From an uncultured Actinomycetota bacterium (GTDB taxonomy: Bacteria; Actinomycetota; Actinomycetes; Propionibacteriales; Nocardioidaceae): 24,000 bases of DNA. The notes beneath the pieces are model-generated. The model was not told the DNA's origin, ran no database searches, and saw only the letters and a list, made by a program, of their open reading frames with translations. A program made the translations under genes and the position numbers. The number at the start of each line of letters is the position of its first letter. Position 1 is the stretch's first letter. Of the stretch, positions 8,217 to 14,827 are shown one piece after another. The stretch covers positions 507,558 through 531,557 of the forward strand of contig CAWIUT010000010.1 in assembly GCA_963839365.1 (NCBI GenBank). The letters are read 5' to 3'.

Positions 8217-9064
8217 TGGCCGACAGCGGACCGGACACCACGGGCGCCGAAGCCGTGACCGTGGCACTGTGCCAGCTCCATCCGCGGATCGGGGAGCGCG
8301 AGCACAACCGTGCCCGCATCCTGGAGTCGGTGCGCGCGGCCGCGGTGAAGGGCGCCCGAGTGGTCGTGCTGCCCGAGCTGGCGACCAGCGGCTACGTCTT
8401 CAACAGCCGCGAGGAGGCCCGGGGGCTGGCCGAACCGGCGGACGGGCCGACCGCACAGGCGCTGCAGCAGGTTGCCGCGGAGACCGGGGTCACCGTCGTG
8501 CTGGGGATCCCGGAGGTCGACCCGTCGGGGCGGCTGTTCAACAGCGCCCTGGTCGTCGACGCCACCGGGGTGCGGGCGGTCTACCGCAAGGCCCATCTGT
8601 GGGCCCGGGAGCCGGAGTTCTTCGAACCTGGCGACAGCCCACCCGCCGTGCTCGACATGGGCTGGGGCCGGCTGGCGGTGCTGGTCTGCTACGACCTGGA
8701 GTTCCCCGAATGGGTGCGCCGCACCGCGCTCGCCGGCGCGGACCTGATCTGCGCGCCCACGAACTGGCCGGCCGAGCCGCGGCCCGCGGGGGAGCGGCCC
8801 ATCGAGGTGGTCGGCGTGATGGCCGGGGCTGCTGCCAGCCGGGTCTTCATCGCGGCGTGTGACCGCGTGGGGGAGGAGCGCGGCACCGGGTGGGTGAGCG
8901 GTTCGGTCGTGGCCGGTCCCGACGGGTACCCGCTGGTCCTGGCCGACCTCAGCGACAACGAGCAGCTCCTGCTGGCGACCTGCCCTCTGACCGAGGCGCG
9001 GGACAAGTCGCTGGGTGAGCTCAACCACCGTTTCGACGACCGACGGCCGGAGCTTTACGCCTGA
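8216..9064 (+). CDS. carbon-nitrogen hydrolase (nitrilase superfamily amidase)
   Basis: The start ATG overlaps the permease stop (TGATG at 8214-8218). The Glu-Lys-Cys triad context is visible: VVVLPELATSGY, VYRKAHLW, VLVCYDLEFPE. Confidence 0.85.
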   Translation: MADSGPDTTGAEAVTVALCQLHPRIGEREHNRARILESVRAAAVKGARVVVLPELATSGYVFNSREEARGLAEPADGPTAQALQQVAAETGVTVVLGIPEVDPSGRLFNSALVVDATGVRAVYRKAHLWAREPEFFEPGDSPPAVLDMGWGRLAVLVCYDLEFPEWVRRTALAGADLICAPTNWPAEPRPAGERPIEVVGVMAGAAASRVFIAACDRVGEERGTGWVSGSVVAGPDGYPLVLADLSDNEQLLLATCPLTEARDKSLGELNHRFDDRRPELYA

Positions 9065-9214
9065 CGCGTCGCCCGGCGGACAGCCGAGGGCTGAAGGCAG
9101 CGCCCGGCTGCGCCGCGGCGCCGCAGAGCGGACAACCCTCGCATTGCGGGCCACCCCGCCGGCAATTCGGCGAATCGCCTGTCCGTCGGCACGATCCAAG
9201 CCATCATCTTTGCC

Positions 9215-10255
9215 GTGCATCCACGAACCCCCGGTCCTCGCTCCCGCATGCCCGGCCTCCGTCTGCTCGGCGTGCTGGCGTTCGCCCTCGCCAGCATCAC
9301 CGCTGCCACCCAGCTCCCGGCCGCGCCGTCACAGGCGGCCGGTCGCGACCCAGCGGCGGCCGCGCGGGCCGGCGTGACCCCCGTGGTGCAGGTCAAGCGG
9401 CACAGGGGCGTGGTGACCGGTGACGGGCACGCGGTGTTCCTGGCCAACCGGACCGAGTTCCGCCCGCGTCGTACGCAGGTGACTGTGCCTCCGAGGGTGC
9501 GCGCCCGGTCCTGGGTCGTGGTGGACCTCGGCACCGGTCGGCTGCTGGGCAAGCACAACGCCCGCAAGCCGCTGCCGCAGGCGTCCACGATGAAGCTCCT
9601 GACCGCGGTGACCGCGGCCCGGGCGGTGGACAGGAGCGTGCCCCACAAGGTCACGCGCTCGGAGGCGCACCAGATCTGCACCTGCGCGGGGCTGGCGCCC
9701 GGTCACTACTACACCTTCCAGACGCTGATGGAGGGCATGCTGCTGCCCTCGGGCAACGATGCGGCCGAGGCGCTGGCCGGTTCCTACCGCGGCGGCAGCG
9801 CCGCCTTCTACGGCCGGATGAACCAGGTCGCGCGCAGTCTCGGCGCGCGGGAGACGGTGGCCATGAACGCGTCCGGGCTGACCGCTCCCGGGTCGCACTC
9901 GTCGGCGCGGGATCTCACCATCCTGCTGCGGGCAGCGCTGCGACGCCCTGCGATCAGGCACGTGATGGCGATGCCGTCGGCCACGATCGCCACCTACTCC
10001 GGGCGGCACGCGCACACCGTCTCCCGGGGCACCAACTACGTCAACACCTACCCGCACTCGCTGGGCAAGAGCGGCTACACCACCCCCGCCAAGAACACCC
10101 TCGTGGTGGCCACCTGGCTGGGCCCGCACCACCTCGCCGCCGCGGTCATGGGCGCGCCCTACGGCTACTCCACCTCGGACGCGCGCGGGCTGAGCACCTG
10201 GGCCGCGAAGAACTTCGCCGGCCTGCGTGCGGTCGGCCGGTTGCCACACTCCTGA
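9215..10255 (+). CDS. D-alanyl-D-alanine carboxypeptidase (serine peptidase S11 / PBP5-type), secreted
   Basis: Signal peptide (MPGLRLLGVLAFALASITAATQLPAAPSQAAG). SxxK motif ASTMKLLT, SxN motif LPSGNDAAEAL, and a K(T/S)G motif LGKSGYTT. The start is either GTG 9215 or ATG 9248. Confidence 0.8.
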   Translation: MHPRTPGPRSRMPGLRLLGVLAFALASITAATQLPAAPSQAAGRDPAAAARAGVTPVVQVKRHRGVVTGDGHAVFLANRTEFRPRRTQVTVPPRVRARSWVVVDLGTGRLLGKHNARKPLPQASTMKLLTAVTAARAVDRSVPHKVTRSEAHQICTCAGLAPGHYYTFQTLMEGMLLPSGNDAAEALAGSYRGGSAAFYGRMNQVARSLGARETVAMNASGLTAPGSHSSARDLTILLRAALRRPAIRHVMAMPSATIATYSGRHAHTVSRGTNYVNTYPHSLGKSGYTTPAKNTLVVATWLGPHHLAAAVMGAPYGYSTSDARGLSTWAAKNFAGLRAVGRLPHS

Positions 10256-10433
10256 TCGGCGAGACTTCGCCCTCGAAGGCCGCCAGCAGCCGCGCGCTGT
10301 GTAGGGGCCACAAGGACGTGCAGCCTCCCCCGATATTCGCCGAATGAGCGCACGAACCGGCAAGGGTGCACGTCCGTATGGCCCCCCGGGGGGCGCGGAG
10401 TCATCCGCCAGACCAACCGTGTCCCCACGCGAG

Positions 10434-10682
10434 TCAGAAGGAGGACGCGTGCGGGGGGCGGAACCCGACCTTCTCTTCGGAGGGCATGAGGATCCACAGG
10501 ATCGGATAGACGAGAATCTGGCTGCCGGGGATGACCAGGAGCAGCAGCACGAACAGGATCCGGGCGGGCCACGGCGGGATGCCGACACGTCGTCCGAGGC
10601 CGGCGCACACTCCGCCGAGCACTCGCCCATCAACCGGTCGGACGAACCCTCGGCGGGCGAAGCTTTGCTGGATGGCATTCAT
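10434..10682 (-). CDS. PspC domain-containing membrane protein
   Basis: Trimmed to ATG 10680-10682 (MNAIQQSFARRGFVRPVDGRVLGGVCAGLGRRVGIPPWPARILFVLLLLVIPG..). This is the typical PspC N-terminal domain followed by one TM helix. Confidence 0.75.
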   Translation of the reverse strand: MNAIQQSFARRGFVRPVDGRVLGGVCAGLGRRVGIPPWPARILFVLLLLVIPGSQILVYPILWILMPSEEKVGFRPPHASSF

Positions 10683-10809
10683 GAACGGTGCACTTCCTCG
10701 GATCGGGTTGCCTTGCTGACAAGGTCCACTGTGCGTCGCGGCAGGGCGCCGGCACATCCGGCGAAGCCCTGAGCCGACCCTGAACATGCGTCCCTGCAGC
10801 TTGTGGGCG

Positions 10810-11655
10810 TCACCGGGTGTCCGGGTCGGGTGCGTCCCGACGGAGTACGGCGTCCCGCAGCACCGTTCCGCCGCCGAAGGAGCTGCTCACCCGACTGCCG
10901 GCGAGCACCCGATAGGGCGCAGCCGAGACCGAGGCGGCGCGCGCCAACGCCGTACCGGGACAGGCATCCGCGGACGCGACAACCAGGAGGTTTCCGGCGC
11001 GCCGGCCTTTCAGCGTGCTCGGCTCCGCGCCGACCACCTGGTGCTGCCAGCAGCATCGCAGCCCGCCGACCACGTCCCGGGTCAGGGCGAAGGGGGCGTG
11101 GTCGGTCAGGTTGGCCACGAACACGCCTCCCGCATCGAGCACGCGCGCGACCTGCTCGAAGCACTCGACGGTGAGCAGCTCGCCGGGCACGCGCCCGTCG
11201 AGGTAGGCATCCAGGACGACGACGCCGACCGATCTCTCGCGCACCTGTGTCAGGCCCCGACGGCCATCGACCGGGCGCACCCGGATGCCACTGCGCCGGG
11301 GCAGCGGCAGCTCGGACCGCACACGCTCGGTCAGCTCCTCGTCCGGCTCCAGCACGATCTGGTGCGATCCGGGCCTGGTCGCGGCCACGTAGCGCGGCAG
11401 CGCGAGGCCGGCGCCACCGATGTGCACGATCCGCAGCGGCTGGCCCGGCCGGCTCCGGCCATCGATGACATCAGCCATCCGACGCAGGTAGTCGAACCCG
11501 AGGCGAGTGGGGTCTTCCAGGTCGACCAGCGACTGGTCGCGGCCGTCGACCCGGACCAGGAACGAGTCGGGCCGGTCGGACGCGATGATCTCGACCACGG
11601 TTCCGGGCCGGTTCGCAGCGGGGCTCGTCGAGCCGGTGGTCGCAGGCACGGGCAC
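10810..11655 (-). CDS. spermidine synthase-like SAM-dependent methyltransferase-fold protein
   Basis: GTG start at 11653-11655 lies immediately after the TAG (11656-11658) of the upstream AKR gene. It carries a Gly-rich nucleotide loop IVHIGGAGLALPRY, an acidic VLEPD, and VVVLDAY..G..P..L. This matches actinobacterial spermidine-synthase-like proteins. The substrate cannot be told from sequence. Confidence 0.65.
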   Translation of the reverse strand: MPVPATTGSTSPAANRPGTVVEIIASDRPDSFLVRVDGRDQSLVDLEDPTRLGFDYLRRMADVIDGRSRPGQPLRIVHIGGAGLALPRYVAATRPGSHQIVLEPDEELTERVRSELPLPRRSGIRVRPVDGRRGLTQVRERSVGVVVLDAYLDGRVPGELLTVECFEQVARVLDAGGVFVANLTDHAPFALTRDVVGGLRCCWQHQVVGAEPSTLKGRRAGNLLVVASADACPGTALARAASVSAAPYRVLAGSRVSSSFGGGTVLRDAVLRRDAPDPDTR

Positions 11656-12624
11656 CTACAGCCCGGTGGGAGCCCGTGGGGCGTAGGACCGCTCCAGGAG
11701 GTCGGTCTCGTCGTCGCTGAGCTCAACTTCGAGTGCTGCCACAGCATCGGCGAGGTGGTGAGGCTTGGTGGCGCCGACGATCGGTGCGTCCACGACGGGG
11801 GTGCGCAGCACCCAGGCGAGCGCGACCTGAGCCATGGGAACCTCCCGCTGCCGGGCGATGCCTTCAACGGCGTCGACGATCGCCTTGTCACTGTCTTGGT
11901 AGAGCTTGCGGGCGAAGGCGTCGCTCTCGGAGCGCTGGGTCTGCTCGCCCCACGGACGGGCCAGCCGCCCGCGGGCGAGTGGGCTCCAGGGGATCGACCC
12001 GATCGCCTGGTCGGTCAGGAACGGGAACATCTCCCGCTCTTCCTCCCGCATGAGCAGGCTGTACTGGTCCTGCATGGACACGAACCGGGTCCACCCGTGC
12101 AGGTCGGCAGCGTGCTGCATCTTCGCGAGCTGCCAGGCCCACATGGAGGACGCCCCGATGTAGCGGGCCTTGCCGGCCTTGACGACGTCGTGCAGCGCCT
12201 CCATGGTCTCCTCGACCGGAGTGTGCCGGTCGAAGCGGTGGATCTGGTAGAGGTCCACGTAGTCGGTGCCGAGGCGGGTGAGGGAGGCGTCGATCTGTTC
12301 CATGACGGCTCGGCGGGAGAGACCCGAGCCGCCGGGACCGTCGTGCATCCGCCCGTGCACCTTGGTGGCGAGAACGATGTCCTCACGCCTGGTGAACCGC
12401 TTGATCGCCCTGCCGACGAACTCTTCGGACGAGCCGTGGCTGTAGACGTTGGCGGTGTCCCAGAAGGTGATGCCGAGATCCACGGCCTGCCGGAAGTAGG
12501 GCTGGGCGGCGTCCTCGTCGAGCACCCAGGAGTGTCCACCCATGGAGGCGTCGCCGTAGCTCATGCAACCCAGGGCGATCCGGCTGACCGTGAGTCCGGT
12601 CCGGCCCAGACGGGTGTACTCCAT
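11656..12624 (-). CDS. aldo/keto reductase (NADPH-dependent oxidoreductase)
   Basis: Trimmed to ATG 12622-12624, preceded on the minus strand by GAGAGGA. MEYTRLGRTGLTVSRIALGCMSYG.., ..FWDTANVYSHGSSEEFVGRA.., ..DYVDLYQIHRFD.., ..ARYIGASSMWAWQ.. are classic AKR family motifs (catalytic Asp/Tyr/Lys/His context). Confidence 0.9.
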   Translation of the reverse strand: MEYTRLGRTGLTVSRIALGCMSYGDASMGGHSWVLDEDAAQPYFRQAVDLGITFWDTANVYSHGSSEEFVGRAIKRFTRREDIVLATKVHGRMHDGPGGSGLSRRAVMEQIDASLTRLGTDYVDLYQIHRFDRHTPVEETMEALHDVVKAGKARYIGASSMWAWQLAKMQHAADLHGWTRFVSMQDQYSLLMREEEREMFPFLTDQAIGSIPWSPLARGRLARPWGEQTQRSESDAFARKLYQDSDKAIVDAVEGIARQREVPMAQVALAWVLRTPVVDAPIVGATKPHHLADAVAALEVELSDDETDLLERSYAPRAPTGL

Positions 12625-12744
12625 GGTGGGGATCCTCTCGTTCGACGTCGCGCGACCGGGTCCTACCCGGAGCGGCCTGTCGCAATACCGATGAGTCGGT
12701 GACTGCTCGCCGGGCTGCCGGAGGGGGCCGGGTCGCGTGAGACC

Positions 12745-13353
12745 ATGCGGTCCATGGTCGAGGAACCGGGGTCGCGCCGGGTGGCGGCCCCGGACAAGGA
12801 GACCCTGTCCTTCGGCAGCCGCCGAAGGTCTCGCACGTGGGCGCGGCCGGTGCTGGTAGCGGCCGTGCTCGCCGCAGGTGCCGGGGTGGGCGTCTTGCTG
12901 CTCCGCCCGGACCCGTTGCCTCCACCCCGCGCCGTGGCCGCGGTCGGAGGGGCCGGCTGGACGGTCACCACGGACCGCGCCGCGCACCGTTCGAGCTTCA
13001 CGTTCGAGCTGCGCAGCACCGTCGCCGGGCCGGTCACCATCACCGGGGTCGGACGCAGCGCTCGGGGCCTCCAGCTGCTACGCACCCGCGCTCGCCCCCG
13101 ACGCGACGGGAGCGCCCTGGGTCGGCCCGGTGGTGCCCCGCTGCCGATCTCGGTCGGGCGGAGCTCACTGGTGGCCGTGACCTTGGTCTACCACGTGATC
13201 GGGTGCCCCGGGTTGCGCGGGCGATCCTGGCCGATCCCGGTCACCTACCAGGTCGGTGGGTCGCGCACCCGCACGACGATGATCGATCCGGGAGGCGGCT
13301 CCTTCGAGCTGGCCTGGCACGACGCGCTGACGCATCGCGCCTGCGGCGACTGA
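12745..13353 (+). CDS. hypothetical membrane-anchored protein (single TM, extracytoplasmic domain)
   Basis: High third-position G/C throughout. It has a basic N-terminus, one TM helix (PVLVAAVLAAGAGVGVLLL), then a Thr/Val/Arg-rich domain of about 140 aa with two Cys. No motif recognised. The start codon is uncertain. Confidence 0.55.
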   Translation: MRSMVEEPGSRRVAAPDKETLSFGSRRRSRTWARPVLVAAVLAAGAGVGVLLLRPDPLPPPRAVAAVGGAGWTVTTDRAAHRSSFTFELRSTVAGPVTITGVGRSARGLQLLRTRARPRRDGSALGRPGGAPLPISVGRSSLVAVTLVYHVIGCPGLRGRSWPIPVTYQVGGSRTRTTMIDPGGGSFELAWHDALTHRACGD

Positions 13354-13464
13354 GCGGCAGGAGGGTTCGGCGCGCGGCGAAAGGCGCGCAGCGTCCGAGC
13401 CCCCGCTCCACTCGTCGCGAAACGGGCCACATGGGCTCTGGAAAGCGCCACCCCGCCGCATCTT

Positions 13465-13799
13465 GTGTGGGGGAACCGGCGTCCGACCTGGCATCAGGGC
13501 CATGACGTCAGTCGGGTCTACGAGCTGCGCCGCCGGGCGCCGCCGGGCGCGGGACTGGTGCTGCCGCTGGTGCGCCGGCGGTGGCTGCCCGGGATCAGCA
13601 CCCAAGCGTCCTGCTCCACCACCTCGCCGTCGAGGACGCCAGCACCTCCGGGAGCGCCACGTCCAACATGGGCGAGTCCGGCGGGGTCGCCGAGCTCGAG
13701 AGGTTCAAGCAGTCGTTCGGCACCGTTCGGGTTCTTGGCCAGGTTACCGCTGGCGGTGGCAGAGAACACACGTACAAGATTCGGGCATTTTGCCGGTAG
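13465..13799 (+). pseudogene. possible degraded coding remnant(s) upstream of the heliorhodopsin gene; no product assignable
   Basis: By hand count, 40 consecutive codons in one + frame (13605-13724) end in G or C. A second + frame is similarly biased from 13465 to about 13635. The bias collapses at 13723, exactly where the msrA-like repeat starts. The minus-strand frames that share these wobble positions cannot be excluded. No intact gene-like ORF with a recognisable product is present. Confidence 0.25.
13723..13759. repeat. direct repeat copy A (orphan copy of the msrA 3'-end segment)
   Basis: ccgttcgggttcttggccag (13723-13742) is identical to 14874-14893. With one 1-nt indel the similarity continues to 13759/14909 (33 of 37 aligned columns, hand count). 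Confidence 0.7.
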
Positions 13800-13930
13800 G
13801 CCCATCCAGTGAAGGCAGCCACCGCCATGGCCCTGGCAGGTCGGTTGCCGCGGAGGTGGGGGACCTTCGGCTCTGATGGCGTCCGTTGCCCGTCGCAACC
13901 CTGGGGTAACGCTGGTTCGAGGGAGGCGCC

Positions 13931-14722
13931 ATGGCTGTCAGGACAAAGCCGGCCACCCCGTCGCCGACCGAGCGCACCGCGCTCGGCTACAGGGGGCTGA
14001 GGGTGTTCAACGTCGTCGTCGGGGTGCTGCTGGCGGCGCAGGCCCTGTACATGCTGCTCACGAGCAACGATCTCGCGCTCCCGGTCACCGCGTCCTTCCT
14101 GCGGACCAACCCGGTCGCAGTGACCCCACCGTCACCGCCCGAGTCGCTGTTCTCGCTGGGTATCGGCGTGACGGTGGCGGTCTTCCTGCTGCTCGCTGCG
14201 CTGGACCACTTCACCGCGGCCGCCCCTGGGGTGCACCGCTGGTACGAGCGCGGTCTCGCCCTGCGCTCCAACTACGCGCGCTGGGTGGAGTACTCGGTCT
14301 CCGCATCAATCATGATCGTGCTGATCGGCCTGTTCGTGGGCATCCGTGACCTCGCGGCACTGATGGGCATCTTCGCGGCGAACACCGGGATGATCCTGTT
14401 CGGACTGCTGATGGAGCGACAGCAGAGGCCCGGTGAGGCGGACTGGAGCGCATTCTGGTTCGGCTCGCTCATCGGTCTCGTCCCCTGGGCAGCCATCGCG
14501 ATCTACGTCGCCCAACCGCCGTCCGTGCCCGCCTTCGTGTACGTGATCGTCGTGGTGCAGTTCCTGCTGTTCTTCAGCTTCGCCGCGAACATGGCTCTGC
14601 AGTACGCCCAGGTGGGGCGTTGGCGAAGCTACGTGTACGGCGAGGTGGCCTACGTCGTGCTCAGCCTGACCGCCAAATCGCTGCTCGCCTGGCTGATCTT
14701 CGCGAACGTCCTGCGCAGCTAG
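13931..14722 (+). CDS. heliorhodopsin (7-TM retinal-binding photoreceptor, HeR family)
   Basis: ATG 13931 is preceded by GGGAGG (13920-13925). The 263-aa protein has seven hydrophobic segments. HeR signature blocks are RWVEYSVSASIMIVLI (Glu120), MILFGLLME, FWFGSLIGLVPWAAIAIYV and YVVLSLTAKSLLAWLIF (Lys249, AAA 14675-14677). These match my memory of reference HeR 48C12 (RWVEYSLSSSVMIVLI, MILFGWLQE, FWFGCIAGIVPW, YIVLSLVAKSALAWQIF). Confidence 0.9.
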   Translation: MAVRTKPATPSPTERTALGYRGLRVFNVVVGVLLAAQALYMLLTSNDLALPVTASFLRTNPVAVTPPSPPESLFSLGIGVTVAVFLLLAALDHFTAAAPGVHRWYERGLALRSNYARWVEYSVSASIMIVLIGLFVGIRDLAALMGIFAANTGMILFGLLMERQQRPGEADWSAFWFGSLIGLVPWAAIAIYVAQPPSVPAFVYVIVVVQFLLFFSFAANMALQYAQVGRWRSYVYGEVAYVVLSLTAKSLLAWLIFANVLRS

Positions 14723-14827
14723 CGCCGCAGCTGCATCCCTTGTCCGGCCCGGGTTCCGGGGTCCGGATGCCGCCAAGCTCGGAGGGCACGCCTTCCCGGT
14801 CCAGCATCCGCTGCCGGACTCACGGGC

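Noticed and set aside
9165-10345. ATTCGGCGAAT (9165-9175) and its complement ATTCGCCGAAT (10335-10345) flanking the DD-carboxypeptidase gene
   Set aside because: An 11-mer recurrence is expected by chance many times in 24 kb. The second copy sits between two gene ends where no promoter is needed. I noted it only as a possible binding motif to search genome-wide.
10381-10394. Perfect 14-nt palindrome gCCCCCCGGGGGGc between the convergent DD-carboxypeptidase and pspC-like genes
   Set aside because: It can form only a short stem with a 4-nt loop and has no tail. At most it is a weak bidirectional terminator, and such G/C palindromes are common in this composition.
10786-12702. Long shadow ORFs: 10786..12702 (+), 790..2136 (-), 1263..2225 (+), 5155..6801 (-), 15190..16719 (-), 16479..18077 (-), 18038..20143 (-), 8105..9220 (-), 9329..10678 (-)
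   Set aside because: These are antisense or off-frame to genes with clear family motifs. They are extremely Arg/Gly/Pro/His-rich with no recognisable domains, as expected for stop-poor alternative frames in high-GC DNA.
13518-13898. 126-aa minus-strand ORF containing NLAKNPNG, considered as an msrA paralogue or fragment gene
   Set aside because: Similarity to MsrA is limited to about 12 codons (the repeat described in the findings). The rest has no MsrA motif (no GCFWG). Wobble-position bias does not support this frame along its length. I kept it only as a repeat/scar.
13880-13925. tRNA-like T-loop string GGTTCGAG (13914-13921) just upstream of the HeR start
   Set aside because: The flanks do not form a T-stem, and no acceptor or anticodon arms can be drawn. 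The GGGAGG that follows is better explained as the HeR Shine-Dalgarno.
13931-14722. Type-1 microbial rhodopsin (proton pump or sensory rhodopsin) as the call for the 7-TM protein
   Set aside because: No DTD/DTE/NTQ-type TM3 motif and no Asp four residues before the lysine. The blocks instead match the heliorhodopsin family (RWVEYS, SLTAKS). No transport function should be assumed.
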